A stretch of DNA of 64,000 nt from Eledone cirrhosa. Its lineage: Eukaryota. A model generated the notes under the pieces. The model was not told where the DNA came from, did not search any database, and saw only the letters and a program-made list of their open reading frames with translations. A program made the translations under genes and the position numbers. Positions within the stretch are counted from its first letter, which is position 1. Every line of letters starts with the position of its first letter. The stretch is taken from the NCBI GenBank assembly GCA_964016885.1, contig OZ024743.1:184202001-184266000 (forward strand). The letters run 5' to 3'. Positions 52,491 to 64,000 of the stretch are shown here, piece after piece.

Positions 52491-55400
52491 ACTAAAAATT
52501 AAAGATTTAAAATTAAGTGTTGGGGTAAGTTTTTTTCCCATCTTCCTTTCTCAGAAGTGGACTGGGGAATGAATACTTGTGTATAGAGAGAGAAGTGTGT
52601 AGTCATGATAGTAGCAGCAGTTGTTTTTTTGTGAGGGAGTGGGGGGGGGGGGCAAAGGAAATATTCTGTAAATATGCGTGTGTATATCTGATTGTGTTAA
52701 TTGACTAGTCAAGAGTTCAAATGGGGATGGGGATGTAATGGCAGCAGTAGGGTTGTAAAAGGAATTCTATTATTGGAATATGGTTTTAGGAAGTGTTTGT
52801 ATAGTGTGAGGGTGTATATATAAGTATACACATATATAAGTATACACATATGTGGGGGGGGGGTTTCAGCCTGTCTTTCACAGGTGTCTTTGTGGTGTTA
52901 AATTAAAATTTTTTTTTTTGTTAATATTTAATTTTTTTTTAAATTTAAAATTTAAAAAAAACCTTAAAATTAAAAAAGAAAACAGAGCAGAGTATCAGTA
53001 GTGGCTCTGTGTGTTTTGCTTTGTCTATTACGTTATTAATTATGTCAAGTTGGAAGGCTCTTAAGGTAAGTGTGTTTTTAAGTTCATTTAGTCTTCATTC
53101 CTGGGTCTGAACTCTTACACAATAACAACTACAACAGATACCACCCCCATCACCACATTAACTCTCATGAAAAACCAAACTACAGACCCATACAAAACAT
53201 ACAAGCAAGCTACAATTACAACCAAAACATTCCTATTTTAGGAACAAGACTGAAATACCAGGACACCCGATGGCCCCCACTCCGAAAACTCAGACTAATA
53301 GAATACTTCTCCAATGACACCAACACTGAAGACGAATCAATAATCAGAAACAAAAGTGATTTCTGCCCACAGAAAGGGAGAAACACAGCACTGGACACCT
53401 ACGGCGAACGCACCATCAACTTTCCCTATGAACAAATTGCAAATAAACACACGAAGTTGAACCTCTCCAAACACGAATGGAAAGAATTATTCACACTGCG
53501 AAATAACACTGAAATAACCATCAAAGAAGCCGATAAAGGGAGTACTGTGGACACTGACTAACTACTATAGAGACCTGGTACTCAAAATCTTAGTCGACAA
53601 CATGTACTACGAAAAAATAGAAAACTACAAACAGACTAAAAACAATGGGGAACCTCCTAGCATTACTATAATAATACCGCAATAGCCTAACCACAAAAGA
53701 ATTTGTATACATAAGCCATTTCAAATGTCATACAAGTGCTGTCTACGGCTTACCGAAGATACATAAATGTAAACTCATAAACAATGCATGTGACACTTCG
53801 ACTAACAAATACATACAATTAACACCACCAGAAGACTTAAAACTCAGACCAATTATAGCAGGCCCTGCGTGTGAAACCCACAGACTTAGAAACTTCCTGG
53901 ACATCCTACTAAATCTCTTACTAAAACATATATAGAGCTACATACGGGATGACCTTGATATGCTGAACCACCTACCCAAAACAGTAAGTGAAAACATTAT
54001 TCTTGTCTCCTTTGACGTAGTAAACCTCTACACTAACATACCCCATAACTATGGAATAACAGCAATCCAGTATTGGCCAGACATTCACCAATCTGAAATA
54101 CCAACACGCATCAACAAAAACTTCATTATTGATGGACTCCGATTTATCATACAGAATAATTTCTTTACTTTCAACGACTCAACATACCGACAAATCTCAG
54201 GGACTGCAATGAGCACAAAGGTAGCCCCCACATACGCCAACTTAGTCATGGGATTCCATGAACAACACATTTACAACCAATCCCTTCTATTATTCGAAGA
54301 CTCTTTTCTTACACATCTCAAAAATAATTGGAAGAGATACCTAGACGGTTGCTTTATACTATGGGAGGAAGACATGAATACACTCACTCTTTTCAAAAAT
54401 ATGATAACAATATTAACAATAACATATAATTCACAATGGAATCCAACTCCAAGGAATGAGACTTCTTGGATATCGTTAGTTTAAAAACAGATTGGAAAAT
54501 AGAAACAGACATCTTTTATAAACCCACGGACTCCAAACAGTACCTCCTATTCACATCAAATTACCCAAAACATGCAAAACTTAACATTCCTTTTAATTTA
54601 GCCAAACGTATATGCACCATAGTATCAGACCCAGCTAAACAGGAACAAAGACTAAATGAATTTAAAAAGATATTCACCTTAAGAGCCTTCCCACTTGACA
54701 TAATTAATAATGGAATAGACAAAGCAAAACACGCAAATTTTCATCAACCCAACCACACAAATCCCAGAACCACAAACAATACCTTACCATATGTATCCAC
54801 ATTCAACCCCCAAAACACCGAAATGTTCGACCTCCTACGCCCCCCCCCCCTTCTATTTCAAGATGAAAAAATGAAAAAAATCCTAGAAACACACAAGATC
54901 ATTAAAAGCAAAAGGCAACCAAAATCACTAAAACACATTCTCACTGGAACAAATATGCACAAACCAATCTCCAGCCTTACAGTAACAAAATGCGGAAGAA
55001 CAAACTGTGGCATATGCCTATACTTAATAGGACAAAAATTCACGTTTAAAGATGGCGAAACTTTCACAATGAAAAACAACTTCCCTTGCAACTCGGAGAA
55101 CCTGATCTATGTAATCACATGCTGTGGCTGTTGACATAACTAGATAGGACAGACGGGTATGTCATTACGCAAAAGAAGGACCATCCATCGCCAACAAATC
55201 CGAGACGTAAACACAAGGAAAATCCCCTTAAACAGCCACATTGCAGATTGTACAGGAATGACTCTACACAACTTTAAAATCTTCCCCCTTTACAAATGAT
55301 CCGATTCTTTCACTCAACAACAAAGAATAAATAAAGAAAAACTATTTATTAACAAATTTAAACCAAAATTAAATACGTAATCACTCCCATTAGATTCCCC

Positions 55401-56017
55401 CCCCCCCCCCACACACACACACACATACACACACCACAAAATAAAAGAGAAAAAATTACTCATTCCAGAAGTTCCTGTTTGAGAGCTACTACTGATACGC
55501 TGCTCTGTTTTTATTTTTTATTTTAAGGGTTTTTTTAATTTTAATTTTTTTTTTTATATTTTTAATTTCCCACCACAAAGGGACCTGTGACAGACAAGCT
55601 GAAAAAACAAACACACCACATGTGTGTATTGTTATATATACACCCTTTCACTATACAAACACTCCCTAAAACCATATTCCAATAATAGAATTTCTTTTAC
55701 AATCTTACTGCTGCCATTACAATTCCCCATCCCCATTTGAACTCTTGACCAGTCAATTAACACAACCAGATATACACACACATATTTACAGAATATTTCC
55801 TTTTCCCCAAAAAAACAACTTTGTTCTGTGAAGAAACACAACTACCAACACTGCTGCTACTATTATGACTACACACTTCTCTCTATATACACAAGAATTC
55901 ATTCCCCAGTCCACTTCTGAGCAAGGAAGATGAGAAAATAACTTACCCCAACACTTAATTTTAAATCTTTAATTTTTAGTTTTTAACTCCTATTAATTCT
56001 TTTTAATTGTATTACTC

Positions 56018-56065
56018 AATATTTGATAAGGTGAATTTTAATAATACACAGAAACCGGTAATACT
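56018..56065 (+). ncRNA. Minimal hammerhead, U3-A8 variant, in 3' pLTR
   Basis: aatat-TTGATAA-GGTG...CACA-GAAA-CCGG-TA-atact; palindromic CCGG loop III. Confidence 0.6.
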
Positions 56066-56140
56066 TTATATACATTATAAAACTCTTTTTAAAAAGAATT
56101 GTCCCTCTCATTTTTTCAATAATGTAATCTTTTCAATAAT

Positions 56141-56314
56141 TGTTTCTACTTTTGGCACAAGGCCAGCAATTATCCCAGTACATTACTGGTACTTTATTTT
56201 ATCGACCCCGTAAGGATGAAAGGCAAAGTTAACCTCGGCGGGATTTGAACTCAGATTGTAAAGGGACGTAACTATGCTGGAAAGCATGTCCGACCCTCTA
56301 CCGATACTGCCAAT
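56141..56314 (-). mobile_element. Young Nin-type SINE inserted in the 3' pLTR
   Basis: Reverse complement of the 11555 SINE; absent from the matching position of the left pLTR. Confidence 0.9.
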
Positions 56315-56409
56315 TATGTCACTTTGATGAATCAAAGAAAGAGAAAAAAAGAAAAACAGACTCTAAAATATATTTTCCGTGCTATTTCCAATTTTACCTT
56401 TTCTCTCTC

Positions 56410-56496
<87 letters not shown>

Positions 56497-56715
56497 GTAT
56501 ATATGTATATATATGTATATATATGTATATGTATATATATGTATGTATATATATATATATACGTATATATGTATATATATGTATATATATGTATATATAT
56601 ATATATATGTATATATATAATGTAGGAGGTGAGTTTTATTGTAGTACAATAAAGCAATGCAGATATCGGATAAGAAGCACTCTACAGTTTGTGGGACTGG
56701 AGTATGCATAATATT

Positions 56716-58311
56716 AGATCAAAAGATGGTTAAAGGAGTTCCATATATTTTATTATGCGCATTTCAAAAACAAACATCATCAAGCAATAATATTTGTGTT
56801 TTCATCAGATAAAACAGGAGAACATGATATGAAGGCTAAAAAACACTTGTTGATAGTGCAGTTTTAAATCAACATATGAAAAGTGGTTTTAGATTGATGT
56901 GTGATATTGGGAAAAATATTTTATTTAGAGAGGGGGGGGAGGATGAGAAGGGAAGGAGATGAGAGGGAGAGATGGGTGATAGAGAGAAAGAGATAGTTTT
57001 TATAACTGAGAGGAGATATATTTTTTATATAGAGGGGTTGAAAACCGTTGGAAGATACTGTATAAATTAAAAATTTTGAAAATTAACGAAGGGGGGATAT
57101 GTGCGAGGAAAAAATATTTTATTTAGGGAGGGGGTGGGGGGGTGGAAAGGATGAAAAAAAAAAGGGGGAGGAGATGAGAGTGAAGGTGGAGAGGGAGAGA
57201 TGGGTGATAGAGAGAAAGAGATAGTTTTTATAACTGAGAAAAAGATATATTGTTTTAATATAGAGAGGTTGGGAACCGTTGGAAGATAATGTATAAATTA
57301 AAGGAATTTAAAAATTAACGAAGGGAAATTATGTATGAAGATAGAGAGAAAAAAATAATAATTGTGGGTGAATATTCTAACGTCAAAAGAAGAAATGTAT
57401 GTATTGTGGCAATTTCAAAATTAGCAAAGAGATAAATGTTAAGGTTTATGTGTAGAAGGATTTGAGAAAAATAATTATTTTTTTCTCCCCATCAACGAAC
57501 TCATTATTAATACATATGAATTCAATATACAAACTTTAACTTCACATTATTTTTCTCAAATCCTTCTACACATAAACCTTAACATTTATCTCTTTGCTAA
57601 TTTTGAAATTGCCACAATACATACATTTCTTCTTTTGACGTTAGAATATTCACCCACAATTATTATTTTTTTCTCTCTATCTTCATACATAATTTCCCTT
57701 CGTTAATTTTTAAATTCCTTTAATTTATACATTATCTTCCAACGGTTCCCAACCTCTCTATATTAAAACAATATATCTTTTTCTCAGTTATAAAAACTAT
57801 CTCTTTCTCTCTATCACCCATCTCTCCCTCTCCACCTTCACTCTCATCTCCTCCCCCTTTTTTTTTTCATCCTTTCCACCCCCCCCACCCCCCTCCCTAA
57901 ATAAAATATTTTTTCCTCGCACATATCCCCCCTTCGTTAATTTTCAAAATTTTTAATTTATACAGTATCTTCCAACGGTTTTCAACCCCTCTATATAAAA
58001 AATATATCTCCTCTCAGTTATAAAAACTATCTCTTTCTCTCTATCACCCATCTCTCCCTTTCATCTCCTTCCCTTCTCATCCTTCACCCCCCCCCTCTCT
58101 AAATAAAATATTTTTCCCAATATCACACATCAATCTAAAACCACTTTTCATATGTTGATTTAAAAGTGCACTATCAACAAGTGTTTTTTAGCCTTCATAT
58201 CATGTTCTCCTGTTTTATCTGATGAAAACACAAATATTATTGCTTGATGATGTTTGTTTTTGAAATGCGCATAATAAAATATATGGAACTCCTTTAACCA
58301 TCTTTTGATCT
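56716..58311. repeat. 1.6-kb palindrome (~760-bp arms, 70-bp spacer), probably inverted PLE pLTRs
   Basis: Arms 56716-57475 and 57546-58311 nearly identical; each has a hammerhead at the outer end; TA-rich microsatellites nearby on both sides. Confidence 0.95.
58213..58279 (+). ncRNA. Type I hammerhead (mirror copy 56748-56814, minus strand)
   Basis: TTTTAT-CTGATGA-aaacacaaat...atgtttgttttt-GAAA-TGCGCA-TA-ATAAAA. Confidence 0.7.
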
Positions 58312-58320
58312 TATATTATG

Positions 58321-58441
<121 letters not shown>

Positions 58442-58485
58442 AGAAAAAATTTACGAAATGGAAATGCGGGTATATAGAATTTATT

Positions 58486-58602
58486 AGGTAACAATTGTTT
58501 CTATAGTGTATGAGTTACCTATACCTCGCTACTTGAATAATACACAAATATTATCAAAAACCGAAAGTACACTGTAAGCCAACACACCATGTCATCAGAC
58601 CT
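58486..58602 (-). ncRNA. Type I hammerhead with extended stem II in the PLE 3' terminus
   Basis: Minus strand AGGT-CTGATGA-cATGGTGTG...TACACTATa-GAAA-CAATTG-TT-ACCT. Confidence 0.55.
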
Positions 58603-59027
58603 TTGTATTAGAGTGATATGAAAATATTTTATACACTAGATAAAAGATAAAGAAGGAGGTAGGAAGAGAAGGGGAAGAGGGAAGTGAGTAAGGTGGAGGG
58701 AGTCTTAGGGTTTAAGACTGTCAGACTAGTAGAGATTGTGAAGAGAGAATGTTTTGGCAGCAGTTAGCTTAATGAGGCGTGCTAAGGTTGGCTGGGAAGT
58801 AGATACTTCTAGTGGTGTTGTTCGGACAAAATTTAGTTAGAGGGGTCAAAGTGGTACAATGTCACAGACAAGTTATTAGGACTATTATAGTAGCAGGTTA
58901 TTTCTAAAGGGGTCCAGAAAAACAGTGTTTAGTACTATTATTATAGAAAGTCATATCTAGTGTATAAACATATAAGACAGAAATTTGCAAACGTTGGTGT
59001 AAAAAGGTAACATTATATGCATTTAAA

Positions 59028-59216
59028 GAGGGCGGTGAATTGGCAGTATCGGTAGAAGGTTGGACGCCATGCTTTGACGCATAGAGTTACGGCCCTTGCC
59101 ATTCTGAGTTCAAATCCCGCCGAGGTTAACTTTGCCTTTCATCCTTACGGGGTCGATAAAATAAAGTACCAGTAATGTACTGGATAATTGCTGGCCTTGT
59201 GCCAAAAGTAGAAACA
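59028..59216 (+). mobile_element. Young Nin-type SINE with 16-bp TSD ATTATATGCATTTAAA
   Basis: A/B boxes and core as at 11555; TSD at 59012-59027 and 59217-59232. Confidence 0.92.
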
Positions 59217-60787
59217 ATTATATGCATTTAAAAAAAGAAAAAGTCGTTTTCAAACGATGGTTACAGTATAGAGAACGTTCAATTTTGCTGTTCAAAAGTT
59301 TGTTTACCGACGTTAAAATGCAGCATATCTCTAAATTGCATAACTTGCAGAATCGATGATTCTGCTGATATGCAGGCGCAGCTGCAATAATTTGCCAATC
59401 AAGGGAGAACGCTTGATTGTTCCTCCGAAGCTGCCAGGCTTTATCGGCGAGGGTTGTTACGGAGCGCATTTTCTCGTGCCTGATCGAAGATCGATGTTGG
59501 TATAGGCGAGCCTTGAAAGAAGTTGCGGTACATCCGACGTAATACCATTTGTTGGTCCCGGAATTTATTGTACACCGGTAGACAATATTGCGTGCTAGGC
59601 ACTGGTTATTCAGTGGGCACTTACCTGGTTTGGTGCAGTTACAACTATTTTTATGTTTTGCAGTAGAATCCTGGATAGTTTGGTGGGGTTGTGGTTGCGT
59701 GTTAGTGCGTTGCATGTTGCTATGCTGGTGCGCTGAGTCATTAGGGATGTACTTATTCAGTATTGCTGAGTTGAGTTTTCTAATTAGTTGTTCTATGTTA
59801 GGTGCAGTGGAGTATGCGAGTCTAATGGTGCGCGAGTTAAAGATTTTATAGTATTTATGTGAAGTTGTAAAGTGTTTATTGATTAGTGTTTAGAATTGTG
59901 AGATAATCTTAGTGCTAATAGAAGAATTGTACACGGGGTTATACCATATGTACTCTCTACGTCTGACTCTATTTGCTGGTTTGCACCTGTTAGTATGCCT
60001 ATTGATGTGTGTGTGTGGTGCAATACTAGTTCGACTTAGATGTGTTTTATTCATAGTACTTATGTGGTTATCGTCTAGATATTCAATTTTCTCGCAGTAA
60101 CCAGCTTTTCTAAGTGCGTCATTATAATATTCAGCATGCTCGTTGAAGGTCTGCAAATTAGACGACAGTCGGGAGATCCTTATGGATATATTTTTAGGGA
60201 TAGATTTAATAATGGAATGAGGATGGTTCGATTTTACATTAACGTACTTAAGATTTTCATTAAGTTTGTGAAATGGCTCTATATTACCGTTATTAAGGTT
60301 GAAGGTGACATCCAAGAAGTTGACCACCTTAAGATTGTGTTCAAAGGTAATATTAAGCCCTAGTTCTAAGAAAAGTTTCCTAATGTTTTTACGTCGCCTT
60401 TCTAGGTTTTGTTTGTTCCTATTCTTGACTAATAGAAGTGTATCGTCGCGGTATATTCCGCCGTGGAGGTCCGTAAATTCGCTCTGGAGTCTATGGGCTA
60501 TATAGATCCCAACCAAATCCGTGACCTCCGCCGAATCATTAGAACCCATCGTAATGTCGAATTCCGAGGGTCTATCCCTGCGGACCCAATAACTATTTTC
60601 AAAGTGCACTACTGTGCGTCTAGCTTCAAGTATAATATTAATTTCCTCGTTTGTGAGGTCCGAGTTAGTCTTAGCGAAAGAGAGGGCCTTATGCAGGGTT
60701 TCGGGTGAAATAGAGGAATAGTATTCATCTATATCGAATTGAATAAAAGAAGATTTGTTTTTGTCCCTAATGTTATTGAACCATCTT

Positions 60788-63700
60788 ATTGCCTGATGAG
60801 TATTACCCCAGCGAAATGGACTGCATGCAGGAAAAAGGTGAAACTAGGAGTCAACGAAACTGGTCAAAGATGGAACTAGCGGTTTTGATCAAGGGGTGGA
60901 CCATGGCTGATGGGTCTCCACCAAGCAAAAAGATGGCGGAGAACCTGAAGAGCCATGGGTTTCTGAGGACCCTGGCACAGATAGAGAGAAAGAGAAAAGA
61001 AATTGAGAAGGCGAATGTCCTCATAACGCCACATATGGCGATGCTAAGCCGTGTCCTCAGGGAGAAGAAAACCGAAGGGAGGGACGAGGAGAAGGAGAGG
61101 GAAAAGGAGGAGGAAAAAGAAAAGGAGGAGAGCACAAGCACGGACCTGAAAGAAAATGATATACCCTCCGCCACAGGCAGGGAGGGCAGGCCGGGCAACC
61201 AACAAGCTAAGGGCAAAGGTGAAAAGCGAAATCACCTTCCGAAGGAAAACCAAGCGCAGAGGGACCAGTGGACAACTGTTCAAAGGAAGAACAGAAAGCA
61301 CCGAGACACAGGGAGCAAAAAACCCCAAGTAATATGCAAGTTTTTCAAGAACGGGACATGCTGGCATGGAGAGACAGGGATGGGATGCAGATTCGCCCAC
61401 CCTAGGTCTCAAACGAACTATGCCCATCATACTCGCGCAACATGCCCCAGCCAAAGCCGAAATAAGCCGCTCCAGAAGTATGCTGATGTCGCGCGTGCCG
61501 CACCAACAAGGAGAAGGCACGCACATGCCGACGAGATACAGATGGCAGCAGCAGATCAGAAAATTTTTTAAGTGATGGCAGAGAAGATTGTGGGACAGCT
61601 GACCTGGCTGCATCGTCTCCAGAGCCAAGGTCATCCACACCAGCACTCGAGACCACCACAGTTAAGGGACCCAGAGTGGCCGCCGCTGACACCAGACCAG
61701 GTGTCATACCGACAGCTATTACTGGCACCCCAAAAGTCACACCAGTGCTGCTGCTGAATGTCAGGGGCCTGTTGAAACTCAGTAACATGAGTAAAATTTC
61801 CTACCTGGGAGACTTAGCCATAAGCAATCAAGCACTATGCATGGCACTAACCGAAACGCACCTGACAAGCAGTATAGCAGATGCAGAAATACAATACATA
61901 TACCGAAATATACTGTATTTCGTTCGGACAGGAAGGAGAGAACTCATGGTGGGGTTGCTCTGTATATCCGTGAAGATGTCACACCAATTGTACTGTTGAC
62001 ACATTCAAACTCAGTCTGTGACACACTGATAATACATATGAAGCAACTACAGACAGTAATATGTGTCACATATCGGCCGCCCGATGCCCCCAGTCATGAG
62101 GGTAAATTTGAGGATAGCCTAAGTAGGATAGAAGAGGTCCTTGACAAACTGGACCAGGGTCTCAACATCCTACTGCTGGGAGACTTCAACCTACCAAAGG
62201 TCAAATGGCCTGAGGGCCACCTCCTCCCTGGAATGACGTCAATAGAACAGAGACAGACGGAATCCCTGCTGGCCCTCACACACAGGCTGTTCATGGAGCA
62301 AGCAATACTCCTCCCAACAAGAGGCGAAAATGTCCTGGACCTCTGTTTTACAAACAACGAAGTGCTCATCCACAATATAAAGGTGACACCAACAATTCTC
62401 TCGGATCATAACTTAGTAGAGCTAATGATATGTGGTCCAAGAGGACCAACAGAGACAAAACCACCAAGAAGCTCCGGGACGCTATCCAAGCTTAACTTCT
62501 ACAAGGCTAACTGGAAAAAGATTAAGAGTGAAATCCGGAAGCAAACATGGAGTGAAAACACTGCCACACAAGACACTAACACACAATTTCAACACTTCAT
62601 GACAACGATACACACCATATGCAAAAAGTGTGTCCCGGAGAAAGAGGCAAACAGACACAAAAATCTTATTCCCAGAGATAGGAAAATCCTTATGAGACGT
62701 AGAACTAAACTCTCAAACCAGTTGAATAGTCAACAAAACAAAAACAAGAAGGAATCCCATTTGAAACGTGCACTACTTGACACCGAGATTGCACTCAAAC
62801 TTTCACATGAGAATGAGAGGGCAAAGAAAGAGAACAGGGCCATAGAAAACATTAAAACAAACCCTAAGGCCTTCTTTAAATTTGCAAAAGAAACTGCCTC
62901 AGTACAATGCAAGATTGGACCACTCTTCCACACGGACGGTTCATTAACCGAAAATCCCCAAGAGATATGTGAAATACTGAACGAACAGTACAAAAGTGTC
63001 TTCACATGTCCACTGAGGCACATGCAAATAACGAAGCCAGAGGAGTTCTTTGATGCCACAACACTACATCAAGAAATGGCAACCATCAACCACATAGACA
63101 TAACGGAGGAGGATGTAGTGTACGCCATTGATGAAATTAGAACAGACTCGGCTGCTGGACCTGATGGATTCCCAGCAGTTCTCCTAAAAATATGTAAGCG
63201 GGCCTTAGCAACTCCACTGAAGACGCTCTTCAGAAGCTCCTTGGCTAGCGGTGTACTACCCAGGGAGCTGAAAGAAGGCACAATATGCCCTATCCATAAA
63301 GGAGGTAGTAGAGCGGAGGCCAAGAACTATAGGCCAGTCTCCCTGACGTCGCATATCAGTAAGGTCATGGAGCGAGTCATCAGAAAGAAACTAATCACTT
63401 TCCTCGAAGAAAATGACCGCCTGACTAGCACGCAACATGGCTTCCGCCCAGGAAGAAGCTGCCTTACACAGCTGCTACATCACTACGACTGGGTACTGAG
63501 ACAACTACTAGACAACTCACATGTGGACGTGATATATCTTGACTTTGCGAAGGCCTTTGACAAGGTCGACTACGGAATGATATGTCACAAACTACACGGA
63601 CTCGGCATAACTGGAAAAGTAGGTGAGTGGCTGCATGGCTTCCTAAGGGACAGAAGCCAGGAAGTCGCAGCAAATGGGGCCCTCTCGAGGGAAACACCGA

Positions 63701-64000
63701 TAACAAGTGGGGTGCCCTAGGGGACAGTCTTGGGACCACTACTGTTTTTGGTGGCTCTCTCGGACATACCCTCTGTGGTGCATGCAACAACATCCCTCAC
63801 TAGCTATGCTGATGACACTAAGGTAGCACATGCAATCAAAAACACGGCTGACGCTGCCCTTTTACAGCAGGATCTGGATGCCATATACAGATGGGCGGAA
63901 GAAAACAAGATGCAGTTAAATGCTGGCAAATTCCAAGCCCTACAATACAAACCTGCAAACACAAATATAGTGGAACACAGCTACACAGGACCAGGAGGGA
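60788..64000 (+). mobile_element. CR1/L2-group LINE: ORF1 with CCCH zinc finger, ORF2 APE + RT (frameshift ~61900, stop at 63718-63720)
   Basis: CKFFKNGTCWHG..GCRFAHP; LLNVRGL, LTETHL, LLGDFN, SDHNLV, NYRPVSLTS, YLDFAKAFDKV, SGVP*GTVLGPLLF, YADDTK. Confidence 0.9.

Larger units (their letters stand above)
52171..56406 (+). mobile_element. Neptune-like PLE with inverted pseudo-LTRs (52171-53008 and 55482-56406) around a decayed RT-GIY-YIG ORF (~53100-55380)
   Basis: KEADKG, YGLPKIHK, RPIIAG, SFDVVNLYTNIP, GTAMSTKVAPTYANL, YKPTDSKQYL, CGRTNCGIC, NLIYVITC; ~840-bp inverted arms; microsatellite flanks. Confidence 0.9.

Noticed and set aside
60792-60820. CTGATGAG...CGAAA at the LINE start
   Set aside because: No stem II, III or I pairing; chance match.

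Overview
AT-rich, microsatellite-dense animal genomic DNA. The (TA)n/(TACA)n/(GA)n arrays, Nin-type tRNA-SINEs and abundant LINEs/PLEs suggest a mollusc, probably an octopus (inference). One host gene spans most of the window on the minus strand: a giant secreted or membrane mucin-like protein. I reconstructed five in-phase coding exons (48716-48671, 36507-25619, 22707-22640, 9260-9037, 7066-5475; at least 4273 aa, incomplete at the 3' end). It has a signal peptide, a furin-like site, a 10.9-kb exon with about 200 Met/Asn/Thr-rich octapeptide repeats, and two SEA domains. Introns and flanks are packed with retroelements: three Penelope-like elements (PLEs), R4/Dong-type RLE LINEs and RTE LINEs sitting in (TACA)n arrays, internally deleted RTE derivatives, Tx1- and CR1-like LINEs, SINEs and a solo LTR. 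Reading the non-coding DNA by eye gives about ten hammerhead-ribozyme motifs in PLE termini, ORF-less tandem/inverted retrozyme-like units and a 1.6-kb palindrome. Four of them carry a compensatory U3-A8 core (TTGATAA). All calls are by eye, with no database search.
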